From: an uncultured delta proteobacterium | GTDB lineage: Bacteria > Myxococcota_A > UBA9160 > UBA4427 | NCBI GenBank assembly: GCA_963822965.1 | Contig: CAWGJT010000011.1 | Location: forward strand, 32,001-96,000 | Length of the DNA: 64,000 nt | Direction: 5' to 3' | Shown here: in pieces, positions 1-10,303 of the stretch | Numbering within the stretch: the first letter of the stretch is position 1 | How the letters are laid out: each line of letters starts with the position of its first letter | Program-made: the position numbers and the translations under genes | The notes under the pieces: generated by a model | What the model was told of the DNA's origin: nothing | Seen by the model: only the letters and a program-made list of their open reading frames with translations | The model's database searches: none

Positions 1-1
1 T

Positions 2-928
2 CTGTCGTACCACGGTGTCACCCTGGCGACGCTGGCGGTGGGCGGTCACGTCAAGCGCCGCAAGGGCTTCGAGCCCTGGCTCCCCGACCTGCCGAAGGCG
101 CCGGCCTGCTACTGCCTTCGCTGCCCCCTCGGACGCCGCTACCCGAGCTGCGAGGTGGCGTGTGCCACGGCGCTCGAGGAGATCGTCGAGCGGGAAGGCG
201 CGGACACCATCGCGGCGTTCATCGCCGAGCCGATCGGGGGCTCGACGGCCGGCGCGCTCGATCCGCCCGACGAGTACTGGCCGGCGGTGACGGAGGTCTG
301 TCGTCGCCACGGAATCCTCGTGATTGCCGATGAGGTCATGACCGGCTTCGGGCGGACCGGACGCCCGATGGCGGTGGACCACTGGGGCGTGCAGCCGGAC
401 ATCCTGGTGGGCGGCAAGGGGCTGACCGGCGGGTACGCGCCCATGGGCGGCATCTTCGCGCGAGAGGAGGTGGTCGCTCCCATCGCCCGCCGTGGCGACG
501 AGCTGATGTTCTTCACGTACTCCGCGCATCCGGCCTCGTGCGCCGTCGCGAGCAGCGTGCTTCGCATCCTCGAGGAAGAGAAGCTCGTCGAGCGTGCGGC
601 CGAGATGGGCCAGCGGCTGCGGGCCCGTCTCGCGGGCCTGGCGTCGCACCCCCACGTGGCGGAGGTGCGCGGTCGCGGTCTGCTGCAGGCCGTCGAGATC
701 GTGAAGAACCGGGACACCCTCGAGCCCTTCCCCGCGGAGGCGCGTGTGACCGCGAAGGTGGTGGCTGCCGGACTGGCGGAAGGCGTGTTCTTCTACCCCG
801 GCGGCTGCGATCCGGCCCGGGACGTGATCACCCTCGGGCCGCCCTTCGTGATCGGCGACGCCGAGATCGATCGCATCGCCACGAGTCTCGAGAGCGCGAT
901 CGACAGCGCGGTCTCGCGCCTCGGGTGA
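2..928 (+). CDS. Class III PLP-dependent aminotransferase (5'-partial)
   Basis: Frame is open from base 2 (LSYHGVTLATL...). Motifs AFIAEPIGG, ADEVMTGFGRTG, PDILVGGKGLTGGY (PLP lysine), EVRGRGLL. Confidence 0.92.
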   Translation: MSYHGVTLATLAVGGHVKRRKGFEPWLPDLPKAPACYCLRCPLGRRYPSCEVACATALEEIVEREGADTIAAFIAEPIGGSTAGALDPPDEYWPAVTEVCRRHGILVIADEVMTGFGRTGRPMAVDHWGVQPDILVGGKGLTGGYAPMGGIFAREEVVAPIARRGDELMFFTYSAHPASCAVASSVLRILEEEKLVERAAEMGQRLRARLAGLASHPHVAEVRGRGLLQAVEIVKNRDTLEPFPAEARVTAKVVAAGLAEGVFFYPGGCDPARDVITLGPPFVIGDAEIDRIATSLESAIDSAVSRLG

Positions 929-1518
929 CGGCCTCCGTGGCCGCCGTCGTGCTCGCCGCCGGCGGCGCGAGCCGGATGGGGCGGGCCAAGCAGCTGCTGC
1001 GATACCGCGGGGAGAGCCTCGTCCGGCGCGCCGCCCGCGCGGCGGTCGACGCCCGCTGCCGTCCCGTCGTCGTCGTCACCGGGGCCGCCGCGGAGGCGAT
1101 CGAGGCCGAGCTGCGGGGTCTCGCCGTGCGTACGGTGCGCAACGCGGCCTGGGCCGAAGGCCTGGGAGGCTCGATCGCAAGAGGCGTGGACGAGGTGCTG
1201 CGCGAAGGCGCCCCCGACGGCGTGCTGCTGCTGCTGGCCGACCAGCCACACGCGTCGGCGGAGGTGCTGGGCGGACTGCTGGCGGCCTTCGACGGGGCGC
1301 CGCACTCCCTGGTGGCCTCGGGCTACGAGGGCACGGCGGGGGTGCCGGCGCTCTTCGGCGCGAGCTACCTCGAGCCGCTGCGGCGCCTCTCCGGAGATCG
1401 CGGCGCTCGCTCCCTCTTTCGCGAGGCCGGCGACGCTCTGCGCGTCGTGCCCTTCCCCGACGGAGCCGTGGACATCGACACGCCCGCGGACTACGACCGT
1501 CTCTGTGCGGACCCATGA
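925..1518 (+). CDS. mocA: MocA/MobA-like nucleotidyltransferase (molybdenum cofactor cytidylyltransferase-like)
   Basis: GTG start overlaps the upstream stop (GTGA). Motifs VLAAGGASRMGRAKQLL, LLADQP, GDRGAR, DIDTPADY. Confidence 0.85.
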   Translation: MTASVAAVVLAAGGASRMGRAKQLLRYRGESLVRRAARAAVDARCRPVVVVTGAAAEAIEAELRGLAVRTVRNAAWAEGLGGSIARGVDEVLREGAPDGVLLLLADQPHASAEVLGGLLAAFDGAPHSLVASGYEGTAGVPALFGASYLEPLRRLSGDRGARSLFREAGDALRVVPFPDGAVDIDTPADYDRLCADP

Positions 1519-1568
1519 GCCCGAAAGCCCTGAGAAGCGGGTGAATCGGGTGAAGCGGGTCGGGAAGG

Positions 1569-2093
1569 CTACTGGAAGTAGTAGATCACGCCGGCGTTGC
1601 CGAGCAGGACGTGGTTGCTGTGCTTCGCGCCCGCGAAGCCGACGCCGCCGCGGAAGCCCCACTGGTCGGTCATGAAGAAGGTCAGGCCGAGATCGACGCG
1701 ACCCATGAAGAGGAACGGGTGGTTCGGGCGTCCGCCCATGAGGCCGGCCCCCACCTTGGCCCAGGGCTGGAGGCGCGTCTCGGGCAGGAACACCCACTTG
1801 AGGTTGTAGCTGGCGAGGCTCGTCTTCGAGTAGCTCTGGAACTCGTACTGGGCCTCCATCGCCAGGTGCGGCGTCACGTGACCGCCGATGACCGCTCCGA
1901 CGCCGCCCGACCCGTCGTCCCCGCCGTCGCTGCCGTTGATCTTGAAGTACGCGCCCGCACCGTAGAGCTCGACGTACCCCGCACCCTCCTTGTCGAAGTA
2001 GTACTCGGGCTCTTCGTCGTCGTCCTGCGCCTTGGCGCCGACGGCGGACAGCAGAACCAGGACGGCGCCGAGGGCCAGAACTCGTCCGATCAT
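1569..2093 (-). CDS. Outer-membrane beta-barrel (OmpA/porin-like) protein
   Basis: GGAGAAGG RBS before MIGRV, signal peptide ending AKA-Q, alternating amphipathic strands, aromatic C-terminus VIYYFQ. Confidence 0.7.
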   Translation of the reverse strand: MIGRVLALGAVLVLLSAVGAKAQDDDEEPEYYFDKEGAGYVELYGAGAYFKINGSDGGDDGSGGVGAVIGGHVTPHLAMEAQYEFQSYSKTSLASYNLKWVFLPETRLQPWAKVGAGLMGGRPNHPFLFMGRVDLGLTFFMTDQWGFRGGVGFAGAKHSNHVLLGNAGVIYYFQ

Positions 2094-2354
2094 CGATGGT
2101 CCCTTCTCCGTTTTCGCGCGGTCTCGTGCGGGCGTTCTGCGGCCCTTCGCCGGCGTGCCGCGATGCCCGCGCATCTTAACAGGAACCCGCTTCGCGTTGG
2201 GGAAAAAACTGCCGAAGCGGTTACTTACGCCGCGATCTGCGGGGCTCGCCGCGCCGGACGGCGGGAGTGGCCGCCTGCCGGCGCCGAGGGAATTTCCCAT
2301 CTGATTCTGGGTGCCTATGCGGTGCGCGGGCGGGGCACGAGCGGGCGTCCCGAG

Positions 2355-3125
2355 CTACCACGTGAAGGGCACGAGGGCCCGGCGTTCCCGGGGATAGTCC
2401 GGGAACCGCTCCCGGTACCAGCGCTGGTGGGCACGCGCGCGCGGCACCAGGTTCGCGACGGTCAGGGCCAGGAAGGCGAGCCCGGCCCCGGACCACGTCG
2501 CCATCGCCCAGCCCGCCCACTGCACGATCTCGCCGAGGTAGTTCGGGCTCGATACCCAGCGGTAGAGGCCGCCGGTGGGAATGCGATAGCCGGTCTCCCC
2601 GGGGCGCCGAAGCGAGCGCAGGATCGCGTCCGACTGCAGGTTGACCGCGGCGCCCGCGACGAAGAGCCCCGCTCCCAGGACGAAGCGGGGATCGGCGAGC
2701 CATGCGGCGTCGTACTCGACGGCCTGGCCGAGGGCCAGGCCGTTGATGGTTCCGTTCAGGCAGTTGACGCATAGCGCCACGAAGGCCGAGAGCATCGGCG
2801 TGCGCTTGCCGCTGCTTCGCATGCGCACCGGATAGACGAGGGCCCGGTGGACGTAGTGGGCCGCGAAGGCCAGCACGAGCAGCAGCGAGACCGGCTCCCC
2901 GGCATGGCGACCCTGCGCGTACGCCCACACGCACGTGATGCCGGCCGGCAGCTCCATCCCCATCCAGGCCAGCCAGGCGGGCAGCGTCGGGCCCCAGCGT
3001 TCGGAGGTGTGGCGGCCGCCGTAGGGAACCGTGATCCAGAACAGCAACGGCAGGGCGACGCCTGCGATCGCGAGCTCCGCGAGCACTCCCCAGCGGTAGA
3101 CGAGGTCGAGGTTCATCGGATCCAT
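2355..3125 (-). CDS. 3-oxo-5-alpha-steroid 4-dehydrogenase (steroid 5-alpha reductase family) membrane protein
   Basis: Motifs VPYGGRH, WMGMELP, HYVHRA, YRIPTGGLYRWVSSPNYLGE, NLVPRARAHQRWY. Confidence 0.88.
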   Translation of the reverse strand: MDPMNLDLVYRWGVLAELAIAGVALPLLFWITVPYGGRHTSERWGPTLPAWLAWMGMELPAGITCVWAYAQGRHAGEPVSLLLVLAFAAHYVHRALVYPVRMRSSGKRTPMLSAFVALCVNCLNGTINGLALGQAVEYDAAWLADPRFVLGAGLFVAGAAVNLQSDAILRSLRRPGETGYRIPTGGLYRWVSSPNYLGEIVQWAGWAMATWSGAGLAFLALTVANLVPRARAHQRWYRERFPDYPRERRALVPFTW

Positions 3126-3224
3126 GGCGAGGTGACGCGAGAGGCTATCGCAGGCGGAGAGCCGGGGTGCGGCTTGCGTCGCGGAGGCAGCCAGTGTACT
3201 CCGTCGCCCACGATGGGAGGCGTC

Positions 3225-4414
3225 ATGACGCAGAGCAGCCCGGGTCCCGACTCCACCGCCGGGGCTCGCTGGCGTGGGGGGCGGGGCTTCTTCCCGCTCG
3301 CGCTGGCGAGCGCGTTGCTTGCGGCTGCCGCTGGCGGCCTTTCGTGCGGCGGCGCTTCGGAGCCGCCGCCGCGACCGAGCGCGAATGACGGGCTCGTCTA
3401 CGTGCTGCCGCGAGAGGGCGGTGGTGTCGACGTCGCGCAGGTTCGAATCTCCGACGGCGCGGTGCGCTTGCTGACCGACTCGTCCGACAAGCTCGAGGAG
3501 AACCCGCGCTGGGTGTCTTCGATGCAGCAGGTCCTCTATACCGAACGTCCCGCCGACGATCCGATCCGCGCGGCGAGCCTGATGCTGCGCGACCCGGAGA
3601 CCGGAAGGACGTTCTCCGCCTCGCGTCTGGTCGATCATCGCGAGATGGGAGCGGTGGTATCGGCCGATGGCCGGCGCGTCGCCTACCTGTTCGAGTCGCC
3701 GCCCGGCCTGATGCCCCCGCGCGGCGTGAAGCTGCTCGTCCCGATGGCGACGCGCGACCTGACCCTGGCTATCCCGCCGCCCCGGGGTCTGTTCCTGTTG
3801 CCGGACATCGCGCCGGATGGCAGCCGGGTCGTCGTCCAGGTGCACTACGCGAACCGAGGCGACGACATCTGGTTGCTGCTTCCCGACATCACCTCGGAGT
3901 CGTTGGTGTCGAACCCGCGCTGGAACGATCTGGCGCCCCGCTTCACGCGCGGCGGCGGCTCGGTCTTCTTCTCGCGCTCGCTGGTCGAGACGCCGCCCAG
4001 CGCCGCAAGCGCCGGAGAGAGGGAGCACCGGAGCCGCTGGGAGGTGGAGACGTCTGCAAGGTGCACATCGAGACCCGGCGCGTGGACTGCGTGCTCGCGA
4101 GCCCGGACGCCCGCGAGCACGGCGTGGCGCCGTCGCCGACCCGGGACGAGATCGTCTTCATTCGCCAGAAGGACGGGGGGACGGACCTCTATCTCGCCAG
4201 CGCCGAAGGAGAGGACGTGCGTCCGCTCACGCACGAGCCGCAGCGGGACGAGCGGGATCCGCACTGGTCGCCGGACGGCGAGCGTGTGGCCTTCACGGCG
4301 GGCCCCCCGGAGAGCTCGGTGGTGGTGGTGGTGGACCGCACGGGTCAGGTCCTGCTCGAGACCGCGGGGCACTCCGCCGACTGGGCGCCGCCGCTCTTCG
4401 ACGCGGCGCCGTGA
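3225..4414 (+). CDS. TolB-like/PD40 beta-propeller lipoprotein, split by one apparent frameshift near 3990-4040
   Basis: GGAGG RBS and lipobox LSC. PD40-like repeats (ENPRW, SADGRRVAY, APDGSRVV, DLAPRF) continue in another frame (DPHWSPDGERVAF) to the stop at 4414. Confidence 0.72.
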
Positions 4415-4665
4415 TCCGCCCGCCACGGGCCAGGGCGTTCTTCTCGCAATTTTCCGCCCGCCCGCTCGTATCTCCCTCGAGGGCCCTGTTCGGCCCGGGA
4501 GGAGAGCAGCGCTTGATCTGGACCGAAGCGGATCCGGGCTGGGCGCCGGCCTGCGCCGGGCAGGTCGTGGCTTCCTCCACCGTTCCCAGGCGAGGCTCCC
4601 GAGGCACGGATAGGCTTCCCCGGTCCGGGGCATCCGACGACGAGCGGACGGGACGGAGGACAGCC

Positions 4666-5259
4666 GTGGGGGACGAGGCCGCGGGAGGTCCCCGGCCGGG
4701 GGTGGACGAGCTGGCGGCCTTCGACCGGGCCTTCGCCTCGCACGAGGCCGACGTGGCCCGCGTTTGCAGCCGTCTGCTGGGGACGCGCGAGGACGCGCGA
4801 GACGCGTCCCACGAGATCTTTCTCCGCGCCCGTCGCTCGCTGCCGACCTACGACCCCGCGCGGCCGCTGCGGCCGTGGCTGCTGCGCATCGCAGGCAACT
4901 ACTGCATCGACCTGCTTCGCCGGCGGGCGCACGAGCAGCGCGTCTTCGCCCAGCTCGATCCCGAGGACGTGGCGCCCCTCGAGACGTCGCCTGCGCACGA
5001 CGGAATCTCGCCGCTCTCGCGGGTCCTGGCGCTCGAGCAGCGTGAAGCGCTCGCGCGGGCGATCGGCGAGCTTCCCCTCCAGTACCGTCTGCCCCTCGTG
5101 CTGCGCTACTTCAGCGAGCTCGACTACGCGGCCATCGGCGAGGCCCTCGACCTTCCGCCCGGGCAGGTGGGCTCACTCCTGTTTCGTGCCAAGCGCATGC
5201 TGCGGGACGCGGTCGGCGAGCCCGCGGCCGCGCGGCGGCGTCGGAGGAGCCGGCGATGA
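4666..5259 (+). CDS. ECF RNA polymerase sigma factor
   Basis: GGAGGA RBS before GTG. Region 2 (DARDASHEIFLRA, LRPWLLRIAGNYCID) and region 4 (LPLQYRLPLVLRYFSELDYAAIGEAL...SLLFRAK). Confidence 0.92.
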   Translation: MGDEAAGGPRPGVDELAAFDRAFASHEADVARVCSRLLGTREDARDASHEIFLRARRSLPTYDPARPLRPWLLRIAGNYCIDLLRRRAHEQRVFAQLDPEDVAPLETSPAHDGISPLSRVLALEQREALARAIGELPLQYRLPLVLRYFSELDYAAIGEALDLPPGQVGSLLFRAKRMLRDAVGEPAAARRRRRSRR

Positions 5260-6899
5260 GCTGTCTCCCCGAGTACACCTGCGCGCTCTACGTCGACCGC
5301 GAGCTGCCGCCGGACGCGGTGCGCGAGGTCGAGGCCCATCTGATCCATTGCCAGCGCTGCCGGCGCACGATCCTCGCCCTGCAGGAGGAAGCGGGCCTGC
5401 TCACCGTGCTCCTGCAGGAGCCGGATGCCGCGCCCGCCCGCCGCGCGCCCCCGCGCGCCCGCGCGCGCGGCCTCGCAATGGGCCTCGGCCCGAGCCTCGT
5501 CGTGGCCGGTCTCGTCGCGACGGTCGCCGGCTGGCTGGTCGATCAACGTCCCCCGGGATTCTCGTGGATGAATCCGTTCGACTTCATTGGAGCCTACGAA
5601 ATGGCCTTCGACGCGATCTTCATGCTCCGCGACGCGGCACCGGCGATCTTCGACCTCGGGATCGCCGTGGGCGCGACCACGGGGTTGGCGGCGCTGCTGA
5701 CTTTCGTGGGGACCGCCCTGCTGCGCCGGGCGACGGGCACCCGGGCGGCCGTGGCGCTGCTGGCGGCCGCAACGGCCTCGCTCGTGCTTCCGGCCACACG
5801 GGGCGAGGCCCTGGACCTGCGCTGGGACCAGCCGAGCGTCGAGATCACCCGCTCCGAGGCGCTCGACGACAACCTCGTCGCGTCGGCGGAGACGGTCGAG
5901 GTGGACGGAACGGTGCGGGGAGACGTCGTTGCGATGGCGGATCGGGTGACGATCCGCGGTGTGGTCGTGGGCAACGTGTTTGCGTTCGGCCGCGAGGTCC
6001 TGGTCACGGGACGCATCGACGGCTCGCTGCACATGGCGTGCGAGCGCTGCAGCCTGGAGGGCGAGGTCACCCGGAGCCTCTACGCCGCCGGCGAGAACGT
6101 CTCCATCACCGAGACCGGACGGGTGGGCCGAGACGTCTATCTGTTCGGGGAGGGGCTGCGCATGGACGGGCGGGGAGGGCGCGACCTGTTCGCGGGAGGC
6201 GAGTGGGTGGAGGTCCGCGGCGAGCTGGGGCGCTCGGTCCATACCCACAGCGAGCGGGTGGCCGTCTTCGACGATGCGCGGATCGGCCGGGACCTCGTGA
6301 TCTCGATCCCCGAGAACGGCGAGTCCGAGGTCGCGCCCGCGGCGACCATCGGGGGTGACGTCAGCGAGTCGGTCATCGAGCACGCCATGCGCGCCCACGG
6401 TCACGGCTGGACCGATGCCGGCTTCTACCTGCGCGCGCTCGTCTTCGTCGTTTCGGCCTTCCTGGTGGGGATGCTGCTCCACGCGTTGATGCCCGTCGTC
6501 TTCTTCGGGCAGATGGAGACGTCCGGCGAGTTCCTGCGCTGCCTCGGCTACGGGTTCGTGGCCCTGATCGTGACGCCCGTGGTGCTCGTCCTGTGCGCCG
6601 TCACGGTGGTCGGCATCCCCATCGCGATCCTCGGGGGCTTCGTCTACCTGACGTTCCTCTTCGTCTCGGCGATCGTGGTGGCGGCCCTGGTGGGCGCTGC
6701 CATCACGGGCACCGATCCGGAGAGCACCCACGGCTTCGGAATCGCGCTGCTGGTCGGCCTGATCCTGGTGGCGGCCGCAGGAAACCTGCCCTTCGTCGGC
6801 GGGTTGCTGCGGCTGTTGATCGCGCTCGCCGGCATGGGGCTGCTCGTCACCACGGCCTGGGAGTCCTGGCGGGAGCGGCGAAGCGCACGCTATGCGTGA
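5256..6899 (+). CDS. Zinc-finger (zf-HC2) anti-sigma factor fused to a bactofilin-like beta-helix and C-terminal TM helices
   Basis: N-terminal HLIHCQRC (HxxxCxxC). ATGA overlap with the ECF sigma gene. Repeating VxGxVxGD/N units and a multi-TM C-terminus. Confidence 0.8.
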   Translation: MSCLPEYTCALYVDRELPPDAVREVEAHLIHCQRCRRTILALQEEAGLLTVLLQEPDAAPARRAPPRARARGLAMGLGPSLVVAGLVATVAGWLVDQRPPGFSWMNPFDFIGAYEMAFDAIFMLRDAAPAIFDLGIAVGATTGLAALLTFVGTALLRRATGTRAAVALLAAATASLVLPATRGEALDLRWDQPSVEITRSEALDDNLVASAETVEVDGTVRGDVVAMADRVTIRGVVVGNVFAFGREVLVTGRIDGSLHMACERCSLEGEVTRSLYAAGENVSITETGRVGRDVYLFGEGLRMDGRGGRDLFAGGEWVEVRGELGRSVHTHSERVAVFDDARIGRDLVISIPENGESEVAPAATIGGDVSESVIEHAMRAHGHGWTDAGFYLRALVFVVSAFLVGMLLHALMPVVFFGQMETSGEFLRCLGYGFVALIVTPVVLVLCAVTVVGIPIAILGGFVYLTFLFVSAIVVAALVGAAITGTDPESTHGFGIALLVGLILVAAAGNLPFVGGLLRLLIALAGMGLLVTTAWESWRERRSARYA

Positions 6900-8314
6900 C
6901 GCAAACCCCGTTCCGTCGCCACCTCGAAGTACTGCAGGATGCCCGGGGTCGGCCGTCCCGCGTCGTCGCGCGCCTGGGTGATGCCGAGGCCGAGGCCGCT
7001 GCTGATGGTCTGGGTGAAACGGCCTTCGAGGCCCAGCAGGTCGTCCGGCATGTTCGGACCGTCGTCGACGATGGACATGCGGACGCGGGGCGGATCGACG
7101 AGGCGCTGCGCGCGCATCACGACCGTCCGGCCGGACGCCAGGGACACGATGCAGTTACGGGCTGCCGCGGTCACCGCCGAGGTGATCGCGGTGCGGTCGG
7201 CCAGAATCCGCGGAAGCGCGTCGTCGACCTCGACGTGGAGATGGATGCCGCGCTCGGCGGCGAGCTGCTCCACGAGCGCCGCCGCCGTCCGGAGCACCAC
7301 GGAGACCGCCGTGGGCTCGAACTTCATCTGCCCCCGCTCCATCAGGCCGAGGGCCTCCTTCACGCTGTCCTCACAGGAGGCCACCACGCCCCGGAGGCGA
7401 TCCGCGACCGCGGGCGCGATGTCGTCCGAGGCGAGCGCCTCCTCCGCCCCGTCGCGGACGAGCGTCACGAAGTTCCGCAGGATGGTGCGCCCGTCTTCCA
7501 GGAGCCGGAGCTCGTGCGATCGGTTGCGTCGGTGGGACCGCGAAGTCTTGCCGCCCCGCGTGTCGGCGGCGGAGAGGTCGCCGTTGCCCCTCGAGCCCGT
7601 TGCCTCGAGCCGGCCGTCCGGTTCGACGACTTCGACGTAGTGGTCGACCCGTCCGCCCGCGTAGCGACCGGTCGGGATCGGCCGACTCGTGTACTCGATC
7701 CCGCGCGGCCCCGGCTCGACCGCTCCCGCGAATCGGCACTGGAAGCGCTCGGGATAGCTGTTCGTATCGTAGGCGCCGAGCACGCGCTGCGAGAAGCGCT
7801 CCGGCTCCTCGAACAGGTGGCGGATGCGCTCGCGGATGAGCGAGCGCATGTCGCACCCGAGGACCTCGTCTCGCGCGAGCGCGAGGCAGCGAAGCAGGGA
7901 GGGGTTGGCCCAGACCGTGCGGAAGGCGGCGTCGATGACGACGATTCCCTCGTCCCACGCGCCGAGCACGCCGTCGGCAATGCCCCGAAGCTCATCGGCT
8001 TCCGCGCGCGCTTCGCCGAGATCGACCTCGAGCTGCGTGATGCGCTCGGTGAGAGCGTGTAGGGTCTTCGGAAGCTGGAGCGGGTGGGTGCGAGCGTCGG
8101 GGGGCAGCTTCCAGTACTTGCGTCCGCTGCGAAAGATCGGCTCGAGATCGGGAAAGCGTTCGCGCAGAGCGCTCAGCATCCGCTCAGCGGTTCGACGACT
8201 CACTTCGAAGCGTTCGGCGATCTCGTCGATGGACAGCCCGCTGACAGTCGTTTGAAGAGTTCCCGTCAGCTCGACGAGGTCTGCGGCCCGGTGGTATCTG
8301 ACCCCCAACTCCAA
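6890..8314 (-). CDS. wHTH - coiled coil - PAS - degenerate histidine-kinase-like protein
   Basis: GLSIDEIAERFEVSRRTAERML (HTH), EGIVVIDAAFRTVWANP (PAS), LPRILADRTAI...IVDDGP...GLGLGI (HATPase-like). Start codon uncertain. Confidence 0.72.
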   Translation of the reverse strand: MELGVRYHRAADLVELTGTLQTTVSGLSIDEIAERFEVSRRTAERMLSALRERFPDLEPIFRSGRKYWKLPPDARTHPLQLPKTLHALTERITQLEVDLGEARAEADELRGIADGVLGAWDEGIVVIDAAFRTVWANPSLLRCLALARDEVLGCDMRSLIRERIRHLFEEPERFSQRVLGAYDTNSYPERFQCRFAGAVEPGPRGIEYTSRPIPTGRYAGGRVDHYVEVVEPDGRLEATGSRGNGDLSAADTRGGKTSRSHRRNRSHELRLLEDGRTILRNFVTLVRDGAEEALASDDIAPAVADRLRGVVASCEDSVKEALGLMERGQMKFEPTAVSVVLRTAAALVEQLAAERGIHLHVEVDDALPRILADRTAITSAVTAAARNCIVSLASGRTVVMRAQRLVDPPRVRMSIVDDGPNMPDDLLGLEGRFTQTISSGLGLGITQARDDAGRPTPGILQYFEVATERGLRHA

Positions 8315-8662
8315 TCCTCCTGGACCCCAGGGTTTACCCCGATTGCGAGCCCATCCTACGGACGCAGAGCGTCATTTTCGGTCGTACAGATCCATGGAGA
8401 TGCCGATTTCGTGTACCGAAGTCCGAAAATTCATCTGTTTCACGCAGTTGCAGTGTACAAAAAATTCGGAGAATCGAATTCAGTTTCTGGATGGGCACGC
8501 GATCGGACGGGGATCCGAGGGGTACCAGCGGACCTGGCGGACGGTAAAAACACGGCGATTCAGTAGGGATTTGCGTGTCGCAGGCTGGTGTACGTTCGCC
8601 CCTTCTCGCTCGATCCGAGGCAACGTTCGGGTCTCCCCGAACTCCCAATCCGCGGCAGGAAT

Positions 8663-10303
8663 GTGACGGGTACGACGACACCGGACGGGATCGGGGCAGG
8701 GCGTTGGCGAATTCCGGCGGGCTTGTTCGGGCTCGCCCTCAGCGTGCGCGCGATCGCCGCCTGGCAGACCGCAGCCATCTTCAACGACGGCCCCCTGTAC
8801 CTGCAGGTGGCGAGCCTGTTTCGGCAGGGCGCGTTTCACGAGGCCCTGTCCCACCACTACCACCCGCTGTACCCGATGGCGACGGCGCTCTTGTCGACGC
8901 TCACGGGCGACCTCGAGACGGCCGGCGTCTGGGTTTCGGTGCTGTCGGGCTCGGCGGCGGTCGTGGCCGGCTATTTCTTCTGGTGTCGATCGTTCGGCAG
9001 GGAGCCGGCGTGGATCGCCGGCGTGCTGTTCGCGCTCCACCCCTATGCGGTCATCTTCTCCTCCGACGTGCAGAGCGAGGGGCTGTACTTCGCGCTCTTC
9101 CTGTCGGCCGTGGCCGCGCTGTGGCGCGGGATCGAGGAGGCTTCGATCGGTCGTTCGGTCGTCGCCGGCGTGCTTGCGGGGCTGGCGTATCTCGTCAGGC
9201 CGGAAGGGATCGGTCTCGTGGCGGTGGGGGCGGGGTTCGCCGCGCTCCTCCTCTTCCGCGGGCGACTCCCGGTGGCGGGCTTTGCACGCGTCGCGGTCCC
9301 GCTGGCGCTGGGCGCTGCGGTCGTCGCCGGGCCCTACGTGGTGAACCTTCACGCGCTTACCGGGGAGTGGCGTCTCACCCAGAAGAAGTCGATCGTCGAC
9401 CTCGCGCGCCCCCGAGAGCCCGCCGCGGCGCCCGCCCCGGACGGGCTGGACCGGCCGCGGTGGCGGCCACCGCCCATGGTGCGTCCGGCGCCACGCGAGG
9501 CCGCACTGATTCCGGCGAGAATCGACTTCGAGCCCCGATCGCTGTCTGCAGGGCTCGAGCTCGCGCGCATGTCCCTCGGCACCCTGTGGCCGGCCCTCGC
9601 CCTGCTCGTGCTGGTGGGGATCCGCTCCGCGGGCGACCGCCCCGGCGACCGTGGTCTCTTCCTGCTCGTGATGCTCGGCGTCTACGGCGTGGTGCTGTAC
9701 GGGCTCGCGCTCAACGTCGGCTATCTGAACCGGCGCCACGTGTTGGCACCGCTCCTGCCCCTCCTGGGCTACGGCGGGCTCGGGGCTCCGATCGTGGGGC
9801 GGTGGCTGTGGCGGGCGCTGCGCCCGCGCATGGACACGCGCGATTCGCGTCCGGCGATCGGGCTCGCGTTGGGGCTCGTCGCCCTGCTCACTCTCCCCAA
9901 GAGCCTGGAGCCCCAGCGGCGGGAGCGGCTCGCGAATCGCCGGGCGGCGGAGTGGCTGGCGTCGCACGAAGATCTGCAGGGACCGGTGTCCGCCGAGAAG
10001 TACCGCACGGCCTACTACGCGGGGGAGGCCTTCGTCTCCCTCTCGCGTGCCGGCGCGGAGGCCGACCTGGAGCGGCTGCGTCGTTCGGGGGCGGACTTCC
10101 TGATCGTCGACGACGTGCAGCTGCGGGAACGACCGGCCCTGTCCGCGCGCCGGGCGAAGCTGATCGAGCTGTACCGGGTGGAGGCCGCGGGTCGAACCGC
10201 CTACGTCTTCGATTTGCGCGCGCTCCCGAATGCGCCCCCCGGAGGCACCCTTCCGGACGCGGCCGGCCGCGATTCGGTCAGGCCTCCCGCAGGCGTTCCA
10301 TGA
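8663..10303 (+). CDS. ArnT/PMT-like (GT-C fold) integral membrane glycosyltransferase
   Basis: FNDGPLY, YHPLYP, DVQSEGLY, LAYLVRPEG motifs and many TM segments. Confidence 0.75.
   Translation: MTGTTTPDGIGAGRWRIPAGLFGLALSVRAIAAWQTAAIFNDGPLYLQVASLFRQGAFHEALSHHYHPLYPMATALLSTLTGDLETAGVWVSVLSGSAAVVAGYFFWCRSFGREPAWIAGVLFALHPYAVIFSSDVQSEGLYFALFLSAVAALWRGIEEASIGRSVVAGVLAGLAYLVRPEGIGLVAVGAGFAALLLFRGRLPVAGFARVAVPLALGAAVVAGPYVVNLHALTGEWRLTQKKSIVDLARPREPAAAPAPDGLDRPRWRPPPMVRPAPREAALIPARIDFEPRSLSAGLELARMSLGTLWPALALLVLVGIRSAGDRPGDRGLFLLVMLGVYGVVLYGLALNVGYLNRRHVLAPLLPLLGYGGLGAPIVGRWLWRALRPRMDTRDSRPAIGLALGLVALLTLPKSLEPQRRERLANRRAAEWLASHEDLQGPVSAEKYRTAYYAGEAFVSLSRAGAEADLERLRRSGADFLIVDDVQLRERPALSARRAKLIELYRVEAAGRTAYVFDLRALPNAPPGGTLPDAAGRDSVRPPAGVP

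Noticed and set aside
1533..1566. Short imperfect 9-bp repeats (AGCGGGTGA/ATCGGGTGA) between convergent genes
   Set aside because: Too short and degenerate to support a function.
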